DNA of 64,000 nucleotides from an uncultured delta proteobacterium (lineage in GTDB: Bacteria; Myxococcota; Myxococcia; Myxococcales; UBA5297): positions 153,063-217,062 of the forward strand of contig CAVYWD010000009.1 in NCBI GenBank assembly GCA_963772225.1, in the 5' to 3' direction. Positions 10,823 through 20,504 of the stretch are shown piece by piece. The notes under the pieces are model-generated. The model did no database searches, was not told the DNA's origin, and was given only the letters and a program-made list of their open reading frames with translations. The position numbers were made by a program, and so were the translations under genes. Positions within the stretch are counted from its first letter, which is position 1; every line of letters starts with the position of its first letter.

Positions 10823-10833
10823 GATAACAACCT

Positions 10834-11124
10834 CTACTTGCGGATGCCGAGCTGGTCGATGAGCGACTTGTAGCGCCTCTCGTCCTTGCTCTTCAGGTAA
10901 TCGAGCAACCGGCGGCGCTGCCCGACCAGCTTGAGCAACCCTCGCCTGCTGTGGAAATCCTTGACGTGGCCTCGGCCGCCCTCGGCGGTGGGCTTGAAGT
11001 GCAGGGTCAGGAGGTTGATGCGCTCGGTCAGCAGCGCGACCTGAACCTCCGGCGAACCCGTGTCCTTCTCGTGCGTCCGAAACTTGCCGACGATGGCGGC
11101 TTTCTTCTCGATCTCCAGCGACAT
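10834..11124 (-). CDS. rpsO: 30S ribosomal protein S15 (96 aa, with a 7-aa insertion)
   Basis: [16 protein letters not shown] and [20 protein letters not shown]; AGGAG RBS. Confidence 0.97.
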   Translation of the reverse strand: MSLEIEKKAAIVGKFRTHEKDTGSPEVQVALLTERINLLTLHFKPTAEGGRGHVKDFHSRRGLLKLVGQRRRLLDYLKSKDERRYKSLIDQLGIRK

Positions 11125-11233
11125 GGCACTCCTCTGTGTTCCGCCTCCTGGACTCTTCCGGCGCAGCCCGCCCATGGGCGACTTCGGTGCGCGACCTCGC
11201 CCCCGCGGAGGGGAACAGCAGGCGAGGCGGCGC

Positions 11234-11262
11234 ACTATAGAGGTCAAGATGCGCAACGTCAA
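11234..11262 (-). promoter_or_regulatory. Sigma70-type promoter of rpsO
   Basis: TTGACG-17 nt-TATAGT on the minus strand, ~110 nt upstream of the ATG. The leader can form a GC stem. Confidence 0.75.
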
Positions 11263-11320
11263 CGAAACGTTCTAAGGAGGACGCGGGGCCGCCCTCGAGC
11301 TGGCGGAGCGCGCCGGGCGC

Positions 11321-12274
11321 TCATCCAGTGGCTAGAGCTCCCGCCAAGACGCGCAAATAGCGGGCGGCGTCCCCCTTCCTCTCCACCACGGCGAGCAGCT
11401 CGCTTTCGGGCCCCATCAGGCGCACCCGCGCCCCCTCGGGCAGGGCCGCGAGGCCCGGAAGCTCGGCGGCGACCAGGCGCTGGCCGCTCCGGACCTTGCG
11501 CGCTTGATCTGCTTCGACGGCGAGCGCGGGGAGGAACGACAGGGCTTGCGCTTCGGACAGGAGCCGCGCGCGGGCGGCCTCGGGCCCCTGCTGACCCAGC
11601 TCTTCCAGCGAGACGGATTGGCCGATGGCGAAGCCCGCGCTCACCGTGCGCCGAAGCGCCGTGAGGTGGGCGCCGCAGCCGAGCATCTCGCCCAGGTCGT
11701 GGGCCAGCGTCCTCACATAGGTGCCCTTGGAGCAGCGCACGAAGAGCGAGAGCGCGGGCGGCTCGAGGTGGCGCACCGTGAGCTCGTAGACGGTCACCGG
11801 CCGCGCCTCGCGCTCGACGACTTGACCTTCGCGCGCGAGCTCGTAGAGGCGGCGACCGTTGACCCGCACCGCCGAGTACATGGGAGGCGCCTGGAGGAGC
11901 GGGCCGCGAAAGCGCGCCAGCGCGGCCTCGACCTCCTGCAGCCCGAGGGCAGGAACCTCGCGCCGCGCGATCACCTCGCCGGTCCCGTCCTGCGTGTCCG
12001 TCGCTTCGCCCAGCTTCAGCGTCGCCTCGTACGCCTTGTCGCCCTCGGTGAGGAACGGGACGATGCGCGTGGCGAGCCCCAGGCAGATCGGCAGCACGCC
12101 GGTCGCGAACGGGTCCAGCGTGCCGGTGTGGCCCGCTCGCCGCGTCCGGAGAAGCCTGCGCACCAAGGCGACCACGTCGAACGACGTCTTGCCGGCGGGC
12201 TTGTCCACTACCAGCACGCCTTCGACCGCGGGGACCTCTCGCCCCGCCTCCGAGGCGAACGACTCGGGGGGCAT
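11321..12274 (-). CDS. truB: tRNA pseudouridine(55) synthase
   Basis: VDKPAGKTSFDVV, GHTGTLDPFATGVL, QAPPMYSAVRVNG and CSKGTYVRTLA. Confidence 0.96.
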   Translation of the reverse strand: MPPESFASEAGREVPAVEGVLVVDKPAGKTSFDVVALVRRLLRTRRAGHTGTLDPFATGVLPICLGLATRIVPFLTEGDKAYEATLKLGEATDTQDGTGEVIARREVPALGLQEVEAALARFRGPLLQAPPMYSAVRVNGRRLYELAREGQVVEREARPVTVYELTVRHLEPPALSLFVRCSKGTYVRTLAHDLGEMLGCGAHLTALRRTVSAGFAIGQSVSLEELGQQGPEAARARLLSEAQALSFLPALAVEADQARKVRSGQRLVAAELPGLAALPEGARVRLMGPESELLAVVERKGDAARYLRVLAGALATG

Positions 12275-13304
12275 CAGGCGCTCCGACCCGCGGCGAAGTC
12301 GAGGGCGCGCTGCACCTCGCGCAGCACCCGCGCGCGCACCTCGTCCAGGGCGCCGGGCACGAAGCAGCCGCTCGCGTTGTGGTGCCCACCTCCGCCGAGC
12401 CGCTCGGCGATGGCGCCCACGTCAACCGCGCCCCGCGACCGGAAGCTCACCCGCGCCCCGCCCTTCGCCTCCTGGCGGAAGAGGAGCGCCACCTCCACTC
12501 CCTCGATGGACCGCGGATAGCTGATGAAGCCGTCGGCGGTCTCCTCGGAGGTGCCGACCCGCGCGAAGGCCTCGCGCGCCGCCGTGAGCCAGGCGATGCG
12601 GCCACACGGCGACCGCGTGAGCGTCCGCAGCACCTCGGCGAGCAGCGAGACCCGCGCCAGGGGCTGGCTCTCGAACATGCGCGAGCTGATGTCTCCGGGC
12701 CGCGCCCCCGCTTCGACCAACGCGTGGGCGATGCGCAGGCACTCCGCGTTGGTGCTCGAGTGCTTGAAGCTCCCGGTGTCGCTCACCAGCGAGACCCAGA
12801 GGCAAGTGGCGATGGGCGGAGTCAGCGGCGCGCGCAGGGCCGCCATGGCGCGATAGACCAACACGCCGACGGCGGACGCCCGGGGGTCCAGCAGGTTCAC
12901 GTCGCCGAAGCTCTGGGCGCCGGGGTGGTGGTCGAGGTTCAGCGTCAGCCCGCGCCGCTCGCGTTCGGGCAAGTCCCGGCCCAGGCGCCCCGGGTCGCCC
13001 GCATCGCAGGCGATGCACAGGTCGAAGGTGGCCTCCGGCCCGAGCGAGCGAGCGATGGCGTCGGCGCCAGGCAGGAAACGCAAATTCGCCGGCGCGCCCT
13101 GGGGGCTGTAGACCGTGGCGACTGCGCCGCGCGACTCGAGAAGCAGCGCCAGGGCCAGCGCCGAGCCCAGGGCGTCGCCGTCCGGGTACTCGTGCATGGC
13201 GATGAGCGGCCGGCGAGAGAGAGAAGCGCCGCCGCGCAGCGGGCGAGCTCGGCCTCGAAGGGGCTCGCCAGCCCCTTCGGCAAAGTCGTCGCGCTCGTCT
13301 CCAT
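12274..13304 (-). CDS. nrnA: DHH/DHHA1 phosphoesterase (NrnA-like); frameshift in a (GA)n run near 13215
   Basis: HEYPDGDALGS, LDHH, SDTGSF and GGGGHHNASG. The likely N-terminus METSATTLPKG..AAALLS is in a different frame and joins at the dinucleotide run. Confidence 0.85.
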
Positions 13305-13335
13305 CGACCGCCCCCGTTTCCAAGACACCTGTGTT

Positions 13336-13707
13336 CTAGGTGCCCTCGCCGCCCGCCCCGCCCTGATCCTTCACCTGCCGCAGGAGCTGGTCGATGCGGT
13401 CGCCCCGCTCGATGGCCTCGTCGAAGACGAAGTGGAGCTCCGGGGTCACCCGCAGGCGAATGGTGCGGCCGACCTCGCGGCGGATGTATCCCTTGGCGGC
13501 GTCGAGCCCCTCCTGGGCGTCGCGGCGCGCCTTCGCCTCGCCGTGGACCGCGTAGTAGACCCATGCCTCGCGCAAGTCCGGCGACACCTTGGCGCCGGTG
13601 ATGGTCAAGAGCCCGATGCGCGGGTCCTTGAGCCCTCGGATGAGCAGCTGGCTGATCTCCTGCTGGATCAGTTGTGCGACCCTCTCGACTCTGGCGTGAG
13701 TTGCCAT
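13336..13707 (-). CDS. rbfA: Ribosome-binding factor A
   Basis: RVERVAQLIQQEIS, LKDPRIG, VSPDLREA and LRVTPELHFVFD. Confidence 0.95.
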   Translation of the reverse strand: MATHARVERVAQLIQQEISQLLIRGLKDPRIGLLTITGAKVSPDLREAWVYYAVHGEAKARRDAQEGLDAAKGYIRREVGRTIRLRVTPELHFVFDEAIERGDRIDQLLRQVKDQGGAGGEGT

Positions 13708-14262
13708 TTAGCGCTCGCCCTCGCCGCCGCGGTCGCCGCCGCGGCGGGCCGCGCGCAGCCTCTGCCTCAAGTCTTCGATGGCGCGCTCGCGCTCCGTGTC
13801 GCTCATGGGCCTTCGCCCTTTCTGGCCTGTCCGGCCTCCCGCTCGCTCGCGCCGCTCGGGCCGAGGCAGAGGGATGTCTTCGCCCGCCTCCGACTCCGCC
13901 TCGGCCAAGGTGCGCGCGCCCCGGGGGACGGCGCCGCGCAAAGGGTCGCCCTCGTCACCGCCGTACAGGTCCCCACCCATGGGCACCACCTCGGTCGAGC
14001 AGGCGATGACTGGGGCCACGTACAGGTCCTCGATGAACTTGAGCACCTTGGAGACGCTCTCCTGGGCGAAGGCGTGTTCGTTCGCCACCGCGGCGATGCC
14101 GATCGTCGCCTTCTGCCAAAGGTCGTTGTCCTCGACCTCGGCGATGGAGACGTTGAAGCGCGCCTTCACCTTGTCGAGCACCTTGTGCACGACGTGGCGC
14201 TTGCTCTTGAGGGACCCGGATTCCGGGATGGAGAGCGTGACCTTGGCGACAGCGATGAACAT
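13708..14262 (-). CDS. DUF503 (YlxP) family protein with C-terminal extension
   Basis: SLKSKRHVV, RFNVSIAEV and DLWQKATIG; usual position upstream of rbfA. Confidence 0.85.
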   Translation of the reverse strand: MFIAVAKVTLSIPESGSLKSKRHVVHKVLDKVKARFNVSIAEVEDNDLWQKATIGIAAVANEHAFAQESVSKVLKFIEDLYVAPVIACSTEVVPMGGDLYGGDEGDPLRGAVPRGARTLAEAESEAGEDIPLPRPERRERAGGRTGQKGRRPMSDTERERAIEDLRQRLRAARRGGDRGGEGER

Positions 14263-14371
14263 GGTGAGTGACTCGGGCGACCTCTCAGGGCCGAGCCCCT
14301 GCTCGTTCGGCGGCGGCGCCGGAGGGGCCACTGTGTATCCCAATCTAGGGGCCGCTCTCAACCGCGCAGCG

Positions 14372-15713
14372 TCAATTCGTCGATGAGTCCTTCTCGGAGC
14401 GCTTCATCTTCTCGCGGAGCGTCTTCCGGTCGATCCCCAGGATGTCCGCGGCGCGGGTGCGGTTGCCCTCGACGGTGGACAGCACGGTCTTGATGTACTC
14501 GGTCTCCACCTCGGCCAGCGAGCGATGCAGCGCCTTTTCCTTGAGCGCGGAGAAGCGCATGAGGCTCGGCAGGTCGGGGACGTCGACCGGTTGTCCGTCG
14601 CTGAGCACCACCAGCCGCTGCACCACCTGCTCCAGCTCGCGCACGTTTCCCGGCCAGTCGTAGCCGCGCAACACCGACGCCGCGCGGTCGGTGAACGCCG
14701 GGGCGGCCTTGCCGGCTTCCGCGGCGAAGCGCGAGGCGAAGTGGTTCGCGAGGAGCAACACGTCGTCGCCCCGCGCGCGCAGCGGCGGCAGCATCACGCC
14801 GACGACGCTGAGGCGGTAGAGCAGGTCCTCCCGGAAGGTGCCCTTCTTGGCCAGCGCGACCAGGTCCTTGGTCGAGGAGGCGATGATCCGGAGGTCCACC
14901 GGGACGTCGCGGGTGCCGCCGACCGGCCGAATGGCCCGCTCCTCCAGCGCCTGGACGAGCCTGGCCTGTAGGGCGGGGCTCGCCTGGGCGACCTCGTCCA
15001 AAAAAAGTGTCCCGCCCTCGGCCGCCGCAAAGAAGCCGGAGCGCCCCTTGCCCGCGAAGGGCACCTGCCCGAAGAGCTCGCCCTCGGCGTGCTCGGGCGG
15101 GATGGCCGCGAGGTTCACCGCCACGAACGGCGAGGAGGAGCGCGAGCCGCCGTAGTGCACCGCCCGAGCCGCCAGCTCCTTGCCCGCGCCGCTCTCGCCC
15201 AGGATGAGGACCGCGGCGTCGCTCGCCATGGCGCGCGAAAGCGCGGCGAAGACCTTGCGCATGGCCTCCGAGTCCCCGAGCAGCCCGGGGCTCAGAGGGC
15301 CGCGCACGCGGAGCTCGCCCTGGAGCGCGCGGCGCGCGCGCAGCTTGTCGAACGCCGCAGCCACCGCCTTCTGCAGCTCCTCGTCGGTGAAGGGCTTGGC
15401 CAGGAAGTTGTCGGCCCCGCTCTTGACCGCCTGCACGGCCCCTTCGACCGTTGGGTAGCCGGTGATCGACGAGGACTTCGGTGTCCCGGAAGTTCTCGCG
15501 GACGTGGCGCACCAGCTCCAAGCCGGAGAGGCCCGGCATCTTGAGGTCGGTGATCACCACGTCCGTCGCCCGGGCCTCGAGCACCTGGACGGCCTGGGCG
15601 ACCGAGGAGGCGGTGACCACCTCGAAGCCCTGAGCGGAGAGGTTGCGCTCGAGCACCTCCAACGTGTCCGGCGCGTCGTCCACCACCAAGATGCGGTCTT
15701 TCGCGTGTGCCAT
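14372..15713 (-). CDS. Sigma54-dependent response regulator (REC-AAA+-HTH); frameshift near 15466
   Basis: REC: ILVVDD, ITDLKMPG, then /ITGYPTVEGAVQAVK. AAA+: GESGAGKELAA, GGTLFLDEV, FREDLLYRL, WPGNVRELE; Fis-type HTH. The GAFTGA loop is degenerate (ELFGQVPFAG). Confidence 0.85.
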
Positions 15714-15867
15714 TGCGCCTTCTCACCTCCCGCGCAACCCCGCGGAAAGCCCGTGCGGCTCGAAGGAGAGCGCCTTAACAGGGCGGCCGCAGAGCGTCAA
15801 GGCACTGGCGAGCTCTCCCGGCCGAAGGCAGCCCACCGCCCAGGGAGCCGTCGAGCGGTCGACCGCC

Positions 15868-17370
15868 TCAGGGGCCGGCGTAGTCGTAGTACTCGACGCC
15901 CAGGTCCTGGAACTCGAGCTCGTGCCGCTCGCCGACGCGGCGGACGACGAACTCTTGGCGAGGCTCATACGGCGGCGCCGCGGCGAAATCTCCCCCGTGA
16001 ATGGCCTCGTACTGCTCCCGGGTCAGGTCGATGGAGCCCCCGAGCGCGTCCTCGGCGCAGATGCGCTTGGCGGCGTCTTCCCATCCGTCGACGAGCGACA
16101 TGGGGATGGCCTCCGCGGCGTCTCCGCTCCCGTAGCCGACCATGGCCATGGGCGCGCCGGCCAGCGAGAGCAGCCTCTCCTGGGCCTCCTCGAGGCCGGC
16201 CGCGATCCACGCGGGGAGCGCCGCGCAGTACAGGTTGCCGAGATTCGCCGCCGTGGCGCCCCCGAGGCTCATTTTCGACGCCGCGAAATCCTTGAAGGCC
16301 TTGGCGCCGCGCAGGGCGCGCGAGGCGGCGGACGTGGCGGGGTAAGGGTCCTGCAAAGCGTCGGGGTGCTGGATGGCGGCGTAGAGGTCCGGGAACGTGC
16401 GGGTCTCGGCGACGACGGCGTCGACGGAGACCTCGGCCTGGGCGCACAGCGCCTCGAGCTCCGCGCGGCGGTGGTCGGAGCGGGCGAAGGCGCGCACCAT
16501 CAGAAAGCTCATGGCCTGGAGGGGCATGAACTTGTAAGGGCGGTGAAAGAACAGCGCGCCGAGCCCCTGGTAGAAGTCGTCGTCCGCGCCGCCGACCTTC
16601 GCCAGCATGTCGTCGACCGCGAGGGCCACCTCGTCGAGGTAGGCGAAGGTCGAGTACCGGCCGCTGAAGACCGGGAAGTCGGCGAAGCGGCGGGTGCCCT
16701 TCGCGTACCCGGGCACGAAGTGGCGGGCAAACGGCTTGCGGAAGTCGGGGCCGCGGTAGGACGACGCGCTCCCCGCGCGGGTGAGGTCGACTCGGAGGAG
16801 TCGGGGCTCCCGCTCCACCAGCATGGCCACCGCGCCGGCGCCCTGGGTCTGCTCGCCGGTCGAGCCGCGCTCGTATTCGGCGATGTCGCCGGCGATCACG
16901 ATGGCGACCTTCCCCGCCCCGTCCGACGCGACGTAGCGGAGCGCCGCCTTCAGCGCGTAGATGCCGCCGAGGCACGCGTGCTTGAACTCCGGCACCTCGA
17001 CGTTCCGGCTGAGCGCGCTCAAGCCCTCGGCCGCGAGCGCCTGGTCCAGCATCCCGCGGACGATGACCGCGCCCGCCGAGTTGTCCCGGCTCGACTCGGT
17101 GCCGAGCCCCAGGAAACCCACCCGCCTCGGGTCGACGCCGTACTGGCGGATCAGCCGAAGCGCCGCGTTCGCCGCCATGGTGTAGACGTTCTCGCGCCCC
17201 GGGCAGACTCGAAAGCTCTGCCCCGACACATTCTTCACCTTGTCCCAGCTGTTCTGGGTCCACTCGCACCACGACTCGAGGTTGACCCGCAGCCGCGGCA
17301 CGTAGAGCGCGAAGCCGCTCACTCCCGCGCCCTCAGCCGCTCGGCCGCTCGCCACTTCTTCCAAAGCCAT
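15868..17370 (-). CDS. Hydroxymethylglutaryl-CoA synthase family protein (long, 500 aa)
   Basis: GTESSRD (Glu), FKHACLGG (Cys), GEQTQGAGAVA, FHRPY (His), GNLYCAAL and GYGSG. Confidence 0.85.
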   Translation of the reverse strand: MALEEVASGRAAEGAGVSGFALYVPRLRVNLESWCEWTQNSWDKVKNVSGQSFRVCPGRENVYTMAANAALRLIRQYGVDPRRVGFLGLGTESSRDNSAGAVIVRGMLDQALAAEGLSALSRNVEVPEFKHACLGGIYALKAALRYVASDGAGKVAIVIAGDIAEYERGSTGEQTQGAGAVAMLVEREPRLLRVDLTRAGSASSYRGPDFRKPFARHFVPGYAKGTRRFADFPVFSGRYSTFAYLDEVALAVDDMLAKVGGADDDFYQGLGALFFHRPYKFMPLQAMSFLMVRAFARSDHRRAELEALCAQAEVSVDAVVAETRTFPDLYAAIQHPDALQDPYPATSAASRALRGAKAFKDFAASKMSLGGATAANLGNLYCAALPAWIAAGLEEAQERLLSLAGAPMAMVGYGSGDAAEAIPMSLVDGWEDAAKRICAEDALGGSIDLTREQYEAIHGGDFAAAPPYEPRQEFVVRRVGERHELEFQDLGVEYYDYAGP

Positions 17371-17492
17371 TGTCTGTTCCTCCGCCGCCCTCGAAGAAAC
17401 GGGCTGCCAGGGCGCGGCATCCTAGCAAGCGGAGAATCGCTTTGGGGGCGCCAAATGACGACGCTTTGCGGCGAGAAAAATGCCGCCTCGAG

Positions 17493-17912
17493 TCAACGGC
17501 CGTCGATATAGGCGTGAAGCTGATCGATCAAATACTGCTTGTCGTCGAGCATGAGCTGGATGACGTCGCGCATCGAGACCACGCCGCAGACCTCTCCGTC
17601 GCGGGACACGAGGAGATGGCGGGTGAAGAACTTCTTCATCAGCTCGGCGACCTCTCGTTCGCTCGACTCGAGTGGCACCACGGGCAGGTCCGTGCGCATC
17701 GCCTCCCCCACGGCGCTTTCGGCCGAGCGCCCCCGCGCGAGCACGCGCCCCACCAGGTCGCGCTCGGTGAGCAATCCAACGATCTGACCTGCCCTCCGCA
17801 CGGCCACCGAGCCCACCTTCCGGTCGTTCATGAGCCGCGCTGCTTCGCTGCAGGGCCGTGATTCGTCGAGCGCTAGGACTTCGCGCGTGACGTGCCTCTC
17901 GATGCTCGCCAT
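17493..17912 (-). CDS. CBS domain pair protein
   Basis: AARLMNDRKVGSVAV..VGLLTERDLV and MKKFFTRHLLV..GVVSMRDVI. Confidence 0.9.
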   Translation of the reverse strand: MASIERHVTREVLALDESRPCSEAARLMNDRKVGSVAVRRAGQIVGLLTERDLVGRVLARGRSAESAVGEAMRTDLPVVPLESSEREVAELMKKFFTRHLLVSRDGEVCGVVSMRDVIQLMLDDKQYLIDQLHAYIDGR

Positions 17913-18091
17913 GGCATTCACCTCGCGACCTACGGATGTGAGAGTGGGATGGCGCGCCGCCCTCTTCGTCGCGCCCGCCCCCCGGTCGGGATACGGCTCT
18001 GCTCGCCCGACGATATCCTGGGGTCTCCCCGCGCGAGGCGATGCTGCGCGGCGTCGAACGGGCCGCTGGGCGCCTGCCACCATGGCGAGAT

Positions 18092-18400
18092 CACCTTTAT
18101 CGGGACGTCGTGGGCCCGCACTGGCCCGCCGAGCGCGCCCACGTCGAGGCCGGCTACCGGACTCTTCCATTCCCTTGCCCGGAGATCCCCGCGCCGCCGT
18201 TCGCCCAGGTCGAGACTTGGGACCTGCCGCGTTTGCTCGGCTACCTCGGCACCTGGTCGGCCGTCAGCCGCTATCGAGAGCGCGAGGGGACCGATCCTCT
18301 GCCGCTGGTGAAGGAGGCGCTGAGCCAGGCCTGGGGCCCGCCGGAGCGGGAGCGGCCAGTGACTTTCGAGATTCTGCGTCCGCGCCGGCCAGGTCGGCGC
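18092..18400 (+). pseudogene. 3' remnant of a class I SAM-dependent methyltransferase
   Basis: HLYRDVVGPHWPAERAHVEAGYRTLPFP..WDLPRLLGYLGTWSAV..GTDPL..AWG is the typical C-terminal half; no SAM-binding N-terminus is visible. Confidence 0.7.
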
Positions 18401-18588
18401 TCCCGGCGAGCGCACCGGCGCTTGAAGCCCGCTCGCCGGCGGAGCGCTCGCCCGGTGGCAGCGTCGCCCCAACAACGATTCGTTGACGCCGGCGCGCCCC
18501 GCGCCCTATCTTCCCCGCCCTCCGCCCGCTTTCGTGCCATCGAAAGAAAGAAAGAGGGCCGTTGAGCTTTCGCCCCGAAGGAGCGCCC

Positions 18589-19146
18589 ATGAAGGCAGCA
18601 CTCGAGCGCCTGAAGAGCCAATTCCCAGAATTCATCGCCAGCGTCTATTCCACGCCGCGCGGCGACGATTACGCCGTCGTCAACGCCGCCGGGCTGGTGC
18701 AGGTCGCCCGCTTCTGCAAGGAAGACCCCGAGCTCGACTTCAAGCTCTTCGTGAGCACGTGCGCGGTGGACCGCCTGCAGCTCCCCGACAACGACCCGCG
18801 CTTCGAGGTCATCCACCAGGTGCGCCAGGGCCGGGCGCCGTGGAAGAAGCTCCACCTCAAGGTCTTCGTGCCCGAGCCGAACCCCGAGCTCCCCTCCGTC
18901 CAGCCGGTCTGGAAGGGCGCCGACTGGTGGGAGCGCTACTGCTGGGACTTCTACGGCATCCGCTTCACCGGCCACCCCGACCTGCGCCGGGTGCTGCTCT
19001 ACGAGGAGTTCCAGGGCCACCCGCTGCGCAAGGACTACCCGGTGAAGGGCCGCCAGCCGCTCGTCGCCGAACGCGACTTCCGCGACCTGGTGCGCGGCCC
19101 CGGCGCCTCGTCTCCCTCCTCGCCCGCGGCCGACGGAACCAAGTAA
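18589..19146 (+). CDS. nuoC: NADH-quinone oxidoreductase subunit C
   Basis: WKGADWWERYCWDFYGIRFTGHPDLRRVL and GHPLRKDYP; AAGGAG RBS. Confidence 0.95.
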   Translation: MKAALERLKSQFPEFIASVYSTPRGDDYAVVNAAGLVQVARFCKEDPELDFKLFVSTCAVDRLQLPDNDPRFEVIHQVRQGRAPWKKLHLKVFVPEPNPELPSVQPVWKGADWWERYCWDFYGIRFTGHPDLRRVLLYEEFQGHPLRKDYPVKGRQPLVAERDFRDLVRGPGASSPSSPAADGTK

Positions 19147-19199
19147 GCCCGACTTCGGCGCCCTGATCGAAGGCGCGCCCGCCCCCAAGAGCCAGACCG

Positions 19200-20465
19200 A
19201 TGACCGAGAAGACGACCGAAACCGCCCACCCCGCCGAGCTCCCGCCCGTCGCCGCACCCGTCCAGCCTCTCGGCGCCGACCCGCTCGATGCGCCGCTCGA
19301 GTCGCGGCGGATGATCCTCAACATGGGGCCCTCCCACCCGGCCATGCACGGCACGGTGCGGATGGTCGTGGAGCTCGAGGGCGAGACGGTGGCGAAGGCC
19401 GATTGCGAGATCGGCTTCCTGCACCGCGGCTTCGAGAAGAGCTGCGAGAACTCCACCTGGAACCAGTGCCTTCCCTACGTGGACCGGCTCAACTACGTGA
19501 GCTCGCTCCTCAACGACTTCACGTACTTGGGCGCGGTGGAGAAGCTCCTGGGCTTGGATATCCCCGAGCGCGCCAAGTACATCCGCGTCATCGGCGGCGA
19601 GCTCCACCGCATGTGCGACCACCTCACGCTGGTCAGCGCCATGGGCCTCGAGCTGGGCGCCTTCACGGTGATGCTCTACGGCATCGAGGCCCGCGAGCTC
19701 CTCTGGGACCGCATCGCCGAGCTGTGCGGCGCCCGCGTCACCACCGCCTTCGGGCGCCCGGGCGGCGTGGAGCGCGACCTGCCGCCGGGCTGGGCCGAAA
19801 AGGTCCTCGCGACCCTGGACAAGGTCATCGAGCTGCGCGACCAGGTCGACAAGCTGCTCACCCGCAACCGCATCTTCGTCGACCGCTGCAAGGACACCGG
19901 CGTCATCTCCAAGGAAGACGCGCTCGACTGGGGCTTCACCGGCCCGTGCCTGAGGGCCTCCGGCGTCCCCTACGACGTGCGCAAGGCGCACCCGTACCTC
20001 GTCTACGACCGGCTCGACTTCGACATCCCGGTCGGCGTGCACGGCGACAACTACGACCGGTACGCCATCCGCATCGAGGAGCTGAAGCAGTCGGACAAGA
20101 TCATCCGGCAGGCCCTGGCGCAGATCCCCGCGGGCCCGGTGATGGTCAACGATTGGCGCATTGCGCTCCCGCCCAAGCCCGAGGTCTACGGGACCATCGA
20201 GGGCGTGATGTCGCACTTCAAGCTCATCATGGAAGGCATCCAGGTCCCCGCCGGCGAGGCCTACTCCTACGCCGAGGCGGCCAACGGAGAGCTCGGCTTC
20301 TACCTCGTCAGCGACGGGAGCGGCCGGCCCTACAAGTGCCACGTGCGCTCGCCAGGCTTCCCCATGCTCGCCGCGGTGCCGGCGATGATCGAAGGCTCGC
20401 TGATCGCCGACATCATCCCGACCTTCGACTCCATCAACATGATCGGCGGCGAAGTGGAGCAGTAG
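19200..20465 (+). CDS. nuoD: NADH-quinone oxidoreductase subunit D
   Basis: NMGPSHPAMHGTVR, IGFLHRGFEK, DRLNY, TGPCLRASG, EAANGELG and GGEVEQ. Confidence 0.95.
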   Translation: MTEKTTETAHPAELPPVAAPVQPLGADPLDAPLESRRMILNMGPSHPAMHGTVRMVVELEGETVAKADCEIGFLHRGFEKSCENSTWNQCLPYVDRLNYVSSLLNDFTYLGAVEKLLGLDIPERAKYIRVIGGELHRMCDHLTLVSAMGLELGAFTVMLYGIEARELLWDRIAELCGARVTTAFGRPGGVERDLPPGWAEKVLATLDKVIELRDQVDKLLTRNRIFVDRCKDTGVISKEDALDWGFTGPCLRASGVPYDVRKAHPYLVYDRLDFDIPVGVHGDNYDRYAIRIEELKQSDKIIRQALAQIPAGPVMVNDWRIALPPKPEVYGTIEGVMSHFKLIMEGIQVPAGEAYSYAEAANGELGFYLVSDGSGRPYKCHVRSPGFPMLAAVPAMIEGSLIADIIPTFDSINMIGGEVEQ

Positions 20466-20504
20466 CGCCACGGGGCGCTCTAGCCGCCAGCGGGGAGGCC
20501 GCGC

